From an uncultured Alphaproteobacteria bacterium (GTDB lineage: Bacteria; Pseudomonadota; Alphaproteobacteria; Sphingomonadales; Sphingomonadaceae), in assembly GCA_963750315.1 (NCBI GenBank), contig CAVVQF010000006.1, positions 4,669-68,668 of the forward strand: a stretch of DNA of 64,000 nucleotides, in the 5' to 3' direction. Both the position numbers and the translations under genes were made by a program. This document shows, piece by piece, positions 18,764-28,425 of this stretch. The notes beneath the pieces are model-generated. The model searched no databases, was not told where the DNA came from, and worked only from the letters and a program-made list of their open reading frames with translations. How positions within the stretch are numbered: the stretch's first letter is position 1; each line of letters opens with the position of its first letter.

Positions 18764-19176
18764 TCGACAAATCTCAATTGCCGGGTCTCGGCACGGATCC
18801 GGCCTCGGTTCGTCAACGTGTCGAAGCGCTGGAGAAGATCATGGAGCGCCTGATCGTCATTCCAGGGATCAAGAAAGGCGTGGGGCTGGACGTGATCCTC
18901 GACCTCGTCCCGTTCGCCGGGAGCACAGCAGCCGCCGTCCTTGGAGCCTATATGGCGTGGGAAGCGCGCAACCTCGGCATGTCGAAGACTCAGGTGGCGC
19001 GGATGGCGGGCAATATCGGGGTCGACTGGGCGCTTGGCCTGATCCCGTGGGTCGGGGCCATCCCCGACTTCTTCTTTCAGTCGAACACCCGCAACCTGCG
19101 GATCATCAAGCGCCACCTCGACAAGCATCACCCGTCGGGCGCGACGGTCGACACCACGGCGACTCGCTCCTCCTGA
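18760..19176 (+). CDS. DUF4112 family protein
   Basis: IPG....GLDVILDLVPFAG...RMAGNIGVDWALGLIPWVGAIPDFFFQSNTRN. Confidence 0.85.
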   Translation: MIDKSQLPGLGTDPASVRQRVEALEKIMERLIVIPGIKKGVGLDVILDLVPFAGSTAAAVLGAYMAWEARNLGMSKTQVARMAGNIGVDWALGLIPWVGAIPDFFFQSNTRNLRIIKRHLDKHHPSGATVDTTATRSS

Positions 19177-19217
19177 CCGGCACGATTGTGCTATGACGCC
19201 GCCCTGCTTGCGGGGGC

Positions 19218-19736
19218 ATGCACATGACCAAGGATCAGAAGACCGTCGCGATCGGCGCAATGTCGGGCATCGTCGGAATGATCGTGCTCGTCTGGGCGAT
19301 CGCGACTTTTTTCCCGGAGCCACAGGTCGTCGACAACAATGGCGACCGCCTGGCCTATGCCTTCCGCTGGTGCGTGGTCGCTGTGATTCCTTTGTTCTTC
19401 ATGATCGTCGCCGTCGGCAACGAGCGCTTCCTGAGCGAAGCGATCGATCCGACGCTCGGCAAGGACAGCCACAAAATGGTGGTCAACGGCCGCGTCGCCG
19501 ACAACACGCTACAGCAGTTCGTCTGCTTCCTTGTCGGCATTGCCGCGCTGTCGGTGAGCCTGCCGATCGAGCGGATCAGCTACGTCCCCGCAGTGGCGAT
19601 TACCTTCGTAATCAGCAGGACGATCTTCTGGATCGGCTATCGGATCAACCCGCTCTATCGCGCGCCGGGCTTTTCCTCGACCGCCTACATGAACATTTTC
19701 ATCTACGCCGCGGTGCTGTGGATGCGGCTGACCTAG
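19218..19736 (+). CDS. MAPEG-like membrane protein
   Basis: Four TM segments, RVADNTLQQ, SRTIFWIGY. Confidence 0.7.
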   Translation: MHMTKDQKTVAIGAMSGIVGMIVLVWAIATFFPEPQVVDNNGDRLAYAFRWCVVAVIPLFFMIVAVGNERFLSEAIDPTLGKDSHKMVVNGRVADNTLQQFVCFLVGIAALSVSLPIERISYVPAVAITFVISRTIFWIGYRINPLYRAPGFSSTAYMNIFIYAAVLWMRLT

Positions 19737-20746
19737 TCCCCGCTAATCCGTGGATCGATGATCGGCTTCCCGACGTCGCCCTGTCCCACCGTCCGACCAG
19801 CCATATCGAGCATGCGGTCGAGCGGCACGCGAGCGCGGTCCATGACTTCCTGGGACAGCTCGATGCGCGGTTCGAGGTCGCGCAGGGCCACGTAAAGCTT
19901 CTCGAGCGTGTTCAGCGCCATGTACGGGCACATGTTGCAGTTGCAGTTTCCGTCGCCGCCAGGGACGCCGATGAAGGTCTTCTGCGGCGCCGCTTTCTCC
20001 ATCTGATGGATGATGTGCGGCTCGGTCGCGACAAGGATGGTCTGCGCGGGTGAGCTCAGTGCGAAGTCGAGGATGGCCTTGGTCGACCCGACCAGGTCCG
20101 CGTGGTCGACGATATGCGGCGGACACTCGGGATGTGCGGCGACCGGCGCGTCAGGATATTCGGCCTTGAGTTTCAGAAGCTCGGTCTCGCTGAAAGCCTG
20201 GTGAACGATGCACACGCCCGGCCAGAGCAGCATCTCGCGACCGAAGGTTCGCGAGAGGTAGCCGCCGAGATGCCGGTCGGGACCGAAGATGATCTTCTGG
20301 TCCTTCGGGATCTGGTCGAGGATCACCGCGGCCGACGAGCTGGTGACGATGATGTCGCTAAGCGCTTTCACCGCCGCCGAGCAGTTGATGTAGGTCAGCG
20401 CGATATGGTCCGGGTGAGCGGCGCGGAATGCGGCGAACTGGTCCGGCGGACAGCTGTCTTCGAGGCTGCAGCCGGCGTCCATGTCGGGAAGGATCACCGT
20501 CTTCTGCGGTGAAAGAATTTTCGCGGTCTCGGCCATGAACCGGACACCGCAGAACGCGATGACGTCGGCGTCCGTCGCCGCCGCCTTGCGCGACAGATCG
20601 AGGCTATCGCCGACGAAGTCCGCAAGGTCCTGGATCTCCGGCTTCTGGTAATAATGCGCGAGGATGACGGCATTGCGCTCACGCTTCAGCCGCTCGATTT
20701 CGGCAAGGAGGTCGAGCCCCTTCAGGCTCGGCGTTTGAACGGTCAT
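19733..20746 (-). CDS. nadA: Quinolinate synthase A
   Basis: ILAHYYQ, FCGVRFMAETAKIL, AGCSL, YINCSA, CIVH, AHPEC, CNMCPYM. Confidence 0.96.
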   Translation of the reverse strand: MTVQTPSLKGLDLLAEIERLKRERNAVILAHYYQKPEIQDLADFVGDSLDLSRKAAATDADVIAFCGVRFMAETAKILSPQKTVILPDMDAGCSLEDSCPPDQFAAFRAAHPDHIALTYINCSAAVKALSDIIVTSSSAAVILDQIPKDQKIIFGPDRHLGGYLSRTFGREMLLWPGVCIVHQAFSETELLKLKAEYPDAPVAAHPECPPHIVDHADLVGSTKAILDFALSSPAQTILVATEPHIIHQMEKAAPQKTFIGVPGGDGNCNCNMCPYMALNTLEKLYVALRDLEPRIELSQEVMDRARVPLDRMLDMAGRTVGQGDVGKPIIDPRISGD

Positions 20747-21477
20747 TTCTTCCCCTGCGCCGCGCGTTCGCGTTCGGCCTCTGCGATGACTTCATTATAT
20801 GGTCGCGACAGGTCCAAATAGGAAGGATCGTCAGCGTCCTCGTCGCTCGCGAAACGCACGGTCACCTTCACGTCGCCGAACCGCGTCGTCTTCAACGGCA
20901 CGTCGAGAAGTGCGGCAATCCGGTCCCGAGCTTCCTGCTTGGCGCGATCGACATATTCCGGCTTGCGCGCGTTTTCAGCCGCCTTTGCGCGGGTCAGTTT
21001 CAGCGTGCGGTTGACGAGGTTGGCGCTTGCTCGCCGCGACACCCAGAATCCTTCTGCCTCACCGACCTTTCCCTTGGTCAGGTCGATATTCGGCTCGGCA
21101 ATCCGGACGTCCGGAATTTTGACCATCAGCGTCTTCGTTTGCGGGTCGTAGCGGGCGTCGTCAGCACCAAGCCCCGAAAGGTCGACGAAATAGTCGACGG
21201 AGTAAGGCAAGGTCGCCTTCATTTTCGAATTGAAGATGGTGCCATGATCGACGCTGGTGACGTCGATCGTTCCGCTGACATTGGATACCTTGAGATCGGT
21301 TCGGCCGGCGAACGTGCTCGACACGACCTGTGCGAGACCTTCGGCGGTCGCCATTTCCTCATCCCGGCGCCTCTCCTCGGCAGCGCGCCACTGACAGGTT
21401 CCGACCAGCGCGATCAGGATGATTGCCGCCAACAGCAGGACAATCTGCTTGGGCGTAATGGTCAGGCTTTTCTCCAT
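20743..21477 (-). CDS. DUF4230-like membrane-anchored protein
   Basis: N-terminal TM; VDYFVDLS...YDPQTKTLMVKIPDV..AEPNID. Confidence 0.65.
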   Translation of the reverse strand: MEKSLTITPKQIVLLLAAIILIALVGTCQWRAAEERRRDEEMATAEGLAQVVSSTFAGRTDLKVSNVSGTIDVTSVDHGTIFNSKMKATLPYSVDYFVDLSGLGADDARYDPQTKTLMVKIPDVRIAEPNIDLTKGKVGEAEGFWVSRRASANLVNRTLKLTRAKAAENARKPEYVDRAKQEARDRIAALLDVPLKTTRFGDVKVTVRFASDEDADDPSYLDLSRPYNEVIAEAERERAAQGKK

Positions 21478-22310
21478 CGCTCTTCGCTATGCACAACGAG
21501 CCCGCGCTTTTCGAGGTCCAGCAGATGCGCATAGACCGATCCCGCCGCAGCGTTGAGAAGGCGTGCGTCGAGCCCTGGATAGGCGTTGGCGACGATATCG
21601 GGAATGTCGCGCGGCCTCTCGCCGACGAGGCGGAGGATCTGCTTCTCGCGCTGCATGCGGTGGCCCATCAGTCCGCGCACATATTGCTGCGGATTGGTCA
21701 CAGCCGGACCGTGCGCCGGATAATAGACCCGGTCCTGACGCTTTCGCAGCTTGTCGAGACTGGCCATGTAGGCCGCCATTTCGCCGTCTGGCGGGACCAC
21801 CACGGTGGTCGACCAGCCCATGACGTGGTCGCCGGTGAACAATGCGTCGCCGACAGAGAAGCAAAGATGATTTGACGTGTGCCCGGGCGTGGCGACCGCG
21901 ACGATGCTCATCTCGCCGACCCCCACGCTTTCTCCGTCTTCGAGAATTCGCTCGGGCGAATAGTTGCCGTCAAACGCGGCATCGGCGCGAGGGCCGACGC
22001 TTTCCAGCGCCAGCGGTGCGCAACCGATGATCGGGGCGCCGGTAATGTTCGCAAGCGGTCTCGCGGCCGGACTGTGGTCGCGATGGGTGTGGGTGCACAT
22101 GATCGCGACGACCCGCCGTCCGCCGATTGCGCGGATCAGTGCTTCGACATGCTCAGGGAGATCGGGGCCGGGATCGATCACCGCGACTTCGCTGTCGCCG
22201 ATCAAATAAGTTTGCGTGCCATAAAAGGTGAATGCCGACGGATTGTGCGCGAGCACCCGGGCGATGCCAGGCTCAAGCTTCTCGAGGAGTTCGTAAGGCG
22301 CGTCGTCCAC
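21462..22310 (-). CDS. MBL-fold metallo-hydrolase (LACTB2-like)
   Basis: NPSAFTFYGTQTY, IDPGP, THTHRDH, TPGHTSNH, FTGDHVMG, PAHGP. Confidence 0.9.
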   Translation of the reverse strand: MDDAPYELLEKLEPGIARVLAHNPSAFTFYGTQTYLIGDSEVAVIDPGPDLPEHVEALIRAIGGRRVVAIMCTHTHRDHSPAARPLANITGAPIIGCAPLALESVGPRADAAFDGNYSPERILEDGESVGVGEMSIVAVATPGHTSNHLCFSVGDALFTGDHVMGWSTTVVVPPDGEMAAYMASLDKLRKRQDRVYYPAHGPAVTNPQQYVRGLMGHRMQREKQILRLVGERPRDIPDIVANAYPGLDARLLNAAAGSVYAHLLDLEKRGLVVHSEERWRKA

Positions 22311-22351
22311 AGTCCCGTCCTGCCACGGACGAACCGGCGGGCAAAGGGGCG

Positions 22352-23617
22352 CTATTCGGCCGGAACGCCCGCGTAGGCCTCACGCGCGACTTCACGCGTA
22401 TGCAGCGCACGGAGGCTGCTGTTCGAGAAGGCCTCGCGGTAAACGACGCCGAACAGAGCGGCCATGCTCGAGTCCCAGCTATATTGGCGAGCCTCAGCCT
22501 GGGCGATGACGCTGATACGGTCGCGGTCGGCGCTCCACATCGAGAGGATGTTTGCGGCCATCGCGTCGGAATCGTCGACCGGGCCAAGCCGTCCGATTTC
22601 GTCGGTCACGCGGTCGACCATCGCGCCGGCTTCGACTCCGACTACCGGCAAGCCCGATGCCTGAGCCTCGACAATCGATACTCCGAATGTCTCGTCCGCC
22701 ATGCCGGAAACGTAGATATCTGAGCTGGCTAGCCAGCGTGCAAGTTGGTCTCGGTCCCGAACGAAGCCCGGCGTGACGATCCGATTGTCGTTGAGCGCGG
22801 CGATGTCCTCGCGCAGCGGTCCCTCGCCAAGGAGGACCAGGCGAGCGCCCAATTCTTCAGGAAGCTTACGGAAGGCGTCGACCACGATCTGCGGCTTCTT
22901 TTCAAGGTCGAGACGTCCCACGTAGATCAGCAATGGCTTGCCCTCTCCGACGCCGACCGAGCGGCGGAGCCGTTCGTCGCGGCGGGAGGGACCGAAATCT
23001 CCGAGTTCGGCGCCGAGCGGGACGATACCGACATCGTCGACTCCGAACGACCTGAGCTTGGTCGCGCCGCCGTTCTCGCTGAGGGCGAAGACGGCATCGA
23101 ACCGGCTGTAGAGACTGCCGCAATAACGATAGCAGATCCGGCCGGCCGCTGCGCCCAGGATGCCGCCGATCACCTTGGAGAAAGGACGCTCGACGTAGAC
23201 GGTCGGGAAGTCGGTGAAATAGCCGCCGACCAACGCCGTTTCCGGATAGCGCTTGCGGTGTCCGAGCGCGGCCCACGGCAGGTTGTAGCTGTCCTGGCAT
23301 TCGATCAAATCGGGCCGGAAGCGCTCCAGCAGCTCTCGCACCGCGCCGTTGCGGAGCATGAGCCGGTAATGCGGGCTGCCCGGCACACGCGGCGAGCGGA
23401 TCGTCGCCGTAATGGCGCGGCCCTCTTCCTTCACCATGTCCTCGGGGCCGGGAACGATGAGCAGGTGGCGATGGGGCGTCCGCTTCAGGATGTGGGCGCG
23501 CTTGTGGCGAAGGTAGGTGCCGACGCCGCCGCCGACATCCGACCAGCTTTGCGTCAGGTCGCAAATCAGGCGTTCGGCCGCGAGCGGGCTGTTCATGTCA
23601 GGATCGTCGCGGCTCAT
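22352..23617 (-). CDS. Glycosyltransferase family 4 (GT-B)
   Basis: GGGVGTY, YVGRLDLEK, GEGPLR, ETFGVSIVEAQASGLPVV. Confidence 0.9.
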   Translation of the reverse strand: MSRDDPDMNSPLAAERLICDLTQSWSDVGGGVGTYLRHKRAHILKRTPHRHLLIVPGPEDMVKEEGRAITATIRSPRVPGSPHYRLMLRNGAVRELLERFRPDLIECQDSYNLPWAALGHRKRYPETALVGGYFTDFPTVYVERPFSKVIGGILGAAAGRICYRYCGSLYSRFDAVFALSENGGATKLRSFGVDDVGIVPLGAELGDFGPSRRDERLRRSVGVGEGKPLLIYVGRLDLEKKPQIVVDAFRKLPEELGARLVLLGEGPLREDIAALNDNRIVTPGFVRDRDQLARWLASSDIYVSGMADETFGVSIVEAQASGLPVVGVEAGAMVDRVTDEIGRLGPVDDSDAMAANILSMWSADRDRISVIAQAEARQYSWDSSMAALFGVVYREAFSNSSLRALHTREVAREAYAGVPAE

Positions 23618-23755
23618 GAAGTTGCCCAACACAAACGGCGCGACAAAGTGCCATCAGCCGTGGAGGCGCAAAAACGTCGGCACTTTTTACACATTCGCGA
23701 ACCCACTTTTCGCCTCCGCGTCAATATTCCGCAGATTTTAGCCGTTTCTTCGAAT

Positions 23756-23771
23756 TGGCACGCCGATTGCT
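23756..23771 (+). promoter_or_regulatory. Sigma54 (RpoN) -24/-12 promoter
   Basis: TGGCAC-GCCGA-TTGCT matches TGGCAC-N5-TTGC(A/T) exactly. Confidence 0.8.
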
Positions 23772-23781
23772 ACATTATCAG

Positions 23782-23856
23782 CGTCCACTTGGTCCCACGC
23801 CAACGAAAGGGACGGTAGAGCGGGTTTTTCTGGTCCCCCTCCACCGTCCCTTTTTG
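23782..23856 (+). ncRNA. Candidate sigma54-dependent small RNA
   Basis: Starts about 12 nt after the -12 element; ends in an 11-bp stem (AAAGGGACGGT/ACCGTCCCTTT) plus T-tract on the + strand; both flanking genes are on the - strand; no ORF. Confidence 0.65.
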
Positions 23857-23866
23857 TATCTGGCGC

Positions 23867-24184
23867 CTAGCTGGCCTCCGCTCCGACGAGCTGCTGCAGC
23901 TCCCCGCTCTTGAACATCTCCATCATGATGTCCGAGCCACCGACGAACTCGCCCTTCACGTAAAGCTGCGGAATGGTTGGCCAATCGGAATATTCCTTGA
24001 TGCCCGCCCGGACTTCCGGATCCTGCAGCACGTCCACACTCTCGAACGGGACGTTGAGGTGCTCAAGGATGGTCACCGCCCGGCTCGAAAAGCCGCATTG
24101 CGGAAACAAAGGCGTACCCTTCATGAACAGGACCACGTCGTTGGCCTTCACGATTTCGCCGATGCGATTGTTGGCATCGCTCAT
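23867..24184 (-). CDS. grxD: Monothiol glutaredoxin Grx4
   Basis: [31 protein letters not shown]. Confidence 0.96.
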   Translation of the reverse strand: MSDANNRIGEIVKANDVVLFMKGTPLFPQCGFSSRAVTILEHLNVPFESVDVLQDPEVRAGIKEYSDWPTIPQLYVKGEFVGGSDIMMEMFKSGELQQLVGAEAS

Positions 24185-24195
24185 ACTTATTCTCC

Positions 24196-24426
24196 TTAAC
24201 GCGCTGCCGTTTCCAGCTGCAGCGCATGCAATTCGCCGCCCATCCTGCCGCCCAGCGCCGCATAGACGCGCTGGTGCTGCCTAACGCGCGGAACCCCTTC
24301 GAAGGTCGCGCTCACCACCCGGGCAGCATAATGATCGCCATCGCCCGCGAGGTCCGTGATGGTCACCTCGGCATCGGGAATGGCCTCACGAATGAGCCGC
24401 TCGATTTCGCTTGCGGCCATCGGCAT
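24196..24426 (-). CDS. bolA: BolA family protein
   Basis: [36 protein letters not shown]. Confidence 0.93.
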   Translation of the reverse strand: MPMAASEIERLIREAIPDAEVTITDLAGDGDHYAARVVSATFEGVPRVRQHQRVYAALGGRMGGELHALQLETAAR

Positions 24427-24430
24427 GACC

Positions 24431-24758
24431 TTAGCCCAGACGCCTCGATCAGCTGGCGCTTCGCCTCGACCGTCTTGTGCTCCAGCATCTGGCGGATTTC
24501 GCCATCATTGGTTTCGACGCCGGCCGCCGTCAGGTCGCCAAGCACCTTGCGGATGACGTCCTCGTCGCCGGCTTCCTCGAAGTCCGCGCGAACCACGTCC
24601 TTGGCGTAGGATTCGCCCTCGGCCTCCGACAGGCCCATCTTGCGTGCTGCCCATTCGCCGAGCAGGCGGTTGCGGCGCGCCAGCACTCGGAATTTCATTT
24701 CTTCGTCGTGCGCGAACTTACTTTCGAATGCGCGCTCGCGATCGTTGAACTGGGTCAT
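24431..24758 (-). CDS. DUF1476 protein (F1Fo ATPase zeta-subunit-like inhibitor)
   Basis: MTQFNDRERAFESKFAHDEEM.F...ARRNRLLG.WAA; ADFEEAGDEDV; stop probably masked by an indel. Confidence 0.88.
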
Positions 24759-24879
24759 CGTGATCCCTTGCTTGTTTGACGGGCGAAATAAGGGCGATGC
24801 GGCCTCTAGGCAACGCGTATGCCGTCAAACGGCTATTCCGTCGGCCCCACTTTGTAATAGTCCTGACTGAAAGAGGGGA

Positions 24880-25439
24880 ATGGCGAGCGCTATCGGGTGG
24901 GGGAAATCGGCAACGATCCAGATTTCAAGCTCGTCGCGTCGGCCTGCGCGGGGAATCGCGATGCGTTCGCCGCCCTGCTCGAGCGGCACTACGACCGCAT
25001 CCACGGCCTCGCCTGGCAATTGACGGGGTCGCGTTCCGATGCAGACGACATCGCGCAGGACGTCTGCTGCACCCTCGTCGAGAAGATCGGAGGCTTTCGC
25101 GGCGAGGCGAAGTTCTCGACCTGGCTCACCGGTATTACTTTCAACGCCTGCCGCGATTGGCGTCGCAAGCGGCGATCCTTCTGGTCGTTCAGCGAGAAGC
25201 TCGCCGTATTGGTGGGGACGGCAAAAGCGCCCGACGGCCGCGACCTTTACGACGCCATCTGGATTCAAAGCGCGGTTTCCAAATTGAAGCCCGCCTTGAG
25301 AGACACCGTCGTCCTGGTGGCGGGCCAGCAACTCACCCACGCTGAGGCGGCCGCCGTGCTCGGAGTGGCGGAAGCGACCGTCGCCTGGCGCATGCACGAG
25401 GTGCGCCGCCTGCTCTCCCAAGAGGGCGCCGACACCTAG
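24880..25439 (+). CDS. ECF-type RNA polymerase sigma factor
   Basis: DAFAALLERHY, DADDIAQD, FRGEAKFSTWL..I..N.CRD, region 4 LTHAEAAAVLGVAEATVAWR; start is 24880 (RBS, with indel) or 24897. Confidence 0.9.
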
Positions 25440-25536
25440 TCCGAATTTTTTTCGCAGATCCTCAAAGGATTTCCCGCCGAGCCACGTCTCAGGATCAGGC
25501 GAGCAATGCAGCCCGCCAGATTCGAGGGAGGTTTTC

Positions 25537-27268
25537 ATGGGGTGCAATTACCGATCCCTGGGCGTGGCAATGGGCGCACTGATGCTCGCTTCCTGCGCGC
25601 AGCAGGGTGTGGAAACAGCGGATGCTCCGCAGGAAGGCGTCGCCACCGCAACTGACAGCGCCAACGACATCGTGACCACGGGCGCCCGACTTAAGGTTGG
25701 CAATATGGAGGCCAGGAGCGAGTTTGCGGTGGGAACCTATCCCGCCCCTCCGCCTCCGCCGGCAGCGCCGATCGTCATGGGTTCAAGGATAGCGCGGCAG
25801 GACCAAATCGGACCGCGGCCCTATCACGACGTCGGCCGCGACAAATTTACGGCATTCGTCGAGAATCCATTCAAGATCGTCCGCGAAGCGCCGGTCTCGA
25901 CCTTTTCGATCGACGTCGACACCGCCTCCTATTCCTGGGTTCGCGCGTCGCTGAACCAGAATGTGCTTCCGCAGCCCGCCGCGGTTCGCACCGAGGAGAT
26001 GGTGAACTACTTCAGCTACGATTACGCGCGGCCGGCCAGCGGCGCGCAGCCCTTCAGCACCAACGTCGCCGTCTTCCCGAGCCCGTGGTCGGAGGGTCGC
26101 AAGCTCGTCCGCATCGGGATCAAGGGCTATTCGGTCCAGCGCGCCACGCGGCCGCGCGCAAACCTTGTCTTCCTGATCGACACATCAGGCTCGATGCAGG
26201 AGGAGAACAAGCTGCCGTTAGTGCAGAAGTCACTCAACATGCTGCTCGACGAACTGGACGAGCGCGATACTGTCTCGATCGTCACCTACGCCGGCGATGC
26301 GGGAACGGCACTCGAACCGACGCCCGTCAGCCAGAAGGAGAAGATCCGCGCAGTGATCAACCGGCTCGGCGCCGGAGGCAGCACCGCCGGGCGCGGAGGG
26401 AATTCGTCAGGCCTATGCGCTGGCCGAGGAGAACCTCGACCGCAACGGCGTCAATCGCGTCATCCTGGCGACCGACGGCGACTTCAACGTCGGGATCACC
26501 GACCAGGGTGAGCTCAAGGGCTATATCGAACGGGAGCGCGCCAAGGGCGTGTTCCTATCCGTCCTCGGGTTCGGCATGGGCAATTACAACGATGCGCTGA
26601 TGCAGACGCTGGCTCAGAACGGCAATGGCACTGCCGCCTACATCGACACGGTTGCCGAAGCCCGGAAGACGCTGGTCGAGGAAGCCAGTTCGACCCTGTT
26701 TCCAATCGCGAAGGACGTGAAGATCCAGGTCGAGTTCAACCCGGCCGCGGTCGCGGAGTATCGTCTCATCGGATACGAAACCCGCGCGCTCAATCGCGAG
26801 GATTTCGAGAACGACAAGGTCGATGCGGGCGATGTCGGCTCAGGTCAGACGGTCACGGCGCTTTACGAAGTCGTCCCGACCGGCGGAAAACGCGTCAACG
26901 GCGACCTGCGCTATTCCAAGCCTGCGGCGGTCAGAGCTGGCCCAAGTTACGAGATCGGCTTCGTGAAAATTCGCTACAAGCTGCCGAAGTCTGACACGAG
27001 CCGACTCATTTCCACGCCGATCGATGCCCGCCAGCAGGCGCGGACTTTCGACGCTGCGCCGAGAGACGCACGGTTCGCCACCGCCGTTGCCGGCTTCGCC
27101 GAGCTGCTGCGCGGCGGGAAGTACACGGGCCCGATGAGCTATGACGACGTGCTGCGCATCGCAAATGCATCGCGCGGTCCGGACGAGTTCGGCTACCGGT
27201 CCGAGTTCGTCGGGTTGGTCCGGGCGGCCAAGAGCGCCCAAACCATGGCTCAGCTCGAACGCCGCTAG
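25537..27268 (+). CDS. vWA-domain lipoprotein, YfbK-like (frameshift near 26390)
   Basis: Lipobox LASC; STFSIDVDTASY, AVRTEEMVNYF, MIDAS LIDTSGSM, ATDGDFNVG, IAKDVKIQVEFNP, YRLIGYE, DAGDVGSG. Confidence 0.9.
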
Positions 27269-27383
27269 CGAACTTATGGCCGCCGGCGCACACCCCCTTG
27301 GCGCCGGCGGCCACCCAAAATCCTTCGACCCGAATGCGATTGTGGTTATGACTTCGTCGAAGGCGATTTTCGAAGGGACGTAG

Positions 27384-28364
27384 GTGGCGATCGAAAGCGA
27401 CAGGATGGTCTCGCTGCCTATGCCTCCCCCGCCCCGGCCGGCTGCCCGCCGGGAGGCCATCGACGCGGCGCTGAGAAAGTTTGACGGGATCGAGAACGCC
27501 GCGCCCGCGGGTAGGGTCCGCTGGGCGAGCATGGACCGGCGATCAGTCGGTGCGCTTGCGACCGCGGCCATCGTCGCCGCCATTAGCATCCCCGTCGCGC
27601 TCGTCACGCTGCGCGACATGCCGCGACCCGCATCGCCTGAGGTGCGAACGCGATACGAGGAACAGGCTCCGACGGCGGCCACCGACAATCTCGCGCAGGT
27701 CGAGCCAGTCGCGGAGCAGGCAAACGAACCCCCAGCGGCGGACACATCGACTGTCGCTACCGCCCCGGCGCCTGCAGCGAAAGCGAAGGACGAGCGGATG
27801 GGCCTTGTCGCCGAGCAACCAAAGGCGGCCCGCGAGGAGACCGCACCGGCGTCGATCGCCTCCGCCGCTGCCCCGCCGCCTCCTGCGCCGCCTCCGCCTC
27901 CGCCGCCCGCTCCGGCGCCCCAGTACACTGCCGAATCGCAGGACATGGTGGTAACGGGATCGCGCATCGCTCGACCCAATCTTGAGGATCGGGCGAACCG
28001 GCAGGCAAAGGCCGCTTCGCCGCTGGTGACGATGGACGCCTACGGGAATTTTCTGTCGCGGCTTCAAGGCGCCCTAAAGGCTGACAATCGCCGGGCCGTC
28101 AGCGGGATGGTCGGATTCCCGCTCACCGTAAACGTGAACGGCCGAGTGAAGACCTATCGATCGCGGCGCGAGGTCGAGAGCGACTTTGACAAGATCTTTA
28201 CGCCCGCGGTGAAGGCGGAGGTCCTCGGCCAGAAACCCTATTCGCTGCGCAGCCGTGGCGACGGCAGGACCAGGGGCGCCGAGCGCATCTGGTTTGCCCC
28301 TGCCTGCTTCGACGAGGACTGCTCGTCCGCGGGGCCGGTCCTGATCCGCGAGGTGACGCCCTAA
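27384..28364 (+). CDS. Single-TM Pro-rich protein, putative anti-sigma factor with C-terminal periplasmic domain
   Basis: Short cytoplasmic N-terminus PPPRPAARREAIDAALRKFD, TM helix, Pro/Ala linker, DMVVTGSRIARPNLE, globular C-terminus FLSRLQGAL..FPL.VN..FDKIFTP. Confidence 0.6.
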   Translation: MAIESDRMVSLPMPPPPRPAARREAIDAALRKFDGIENAAPAGRVRWASMDRRSVGALATAAIVAAISIPVALVTLRDMPRPASPEVRTRYEEQAPTAATDNLAQVEPVAEQANEPPAADTSTVATAPAPAAKAKDERMGLVAEQPKAAREETAPASIASAAAPPPPAPPPPPPPAPAPQYTAESQDMVVTGSRIARPNLEDRANRQAKAASPLVTMDAYGNFLSRLQGALKADNRRAVSGMVGFPLTVNVNGRVKTYRSRREVESDFDKIFTPAVKAEVLGQKPYSLRSRGDGRTRGAERIWFAPACFDEDCSSAGPVLIREVTP

Positions 28365-28425
28365 TCAAAGAAAATGCCGCCGGCAGGAGCCTGCCGACGG
28401 CATTCGTCCCCTCGGGAAGGAGGGA

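Noticed and set aside
27865-27920. CCG-rich tandem repeats (also near 25740 and 41630)
   Set aside because: They encode poly-proline linkers and are not independent repeat elements.
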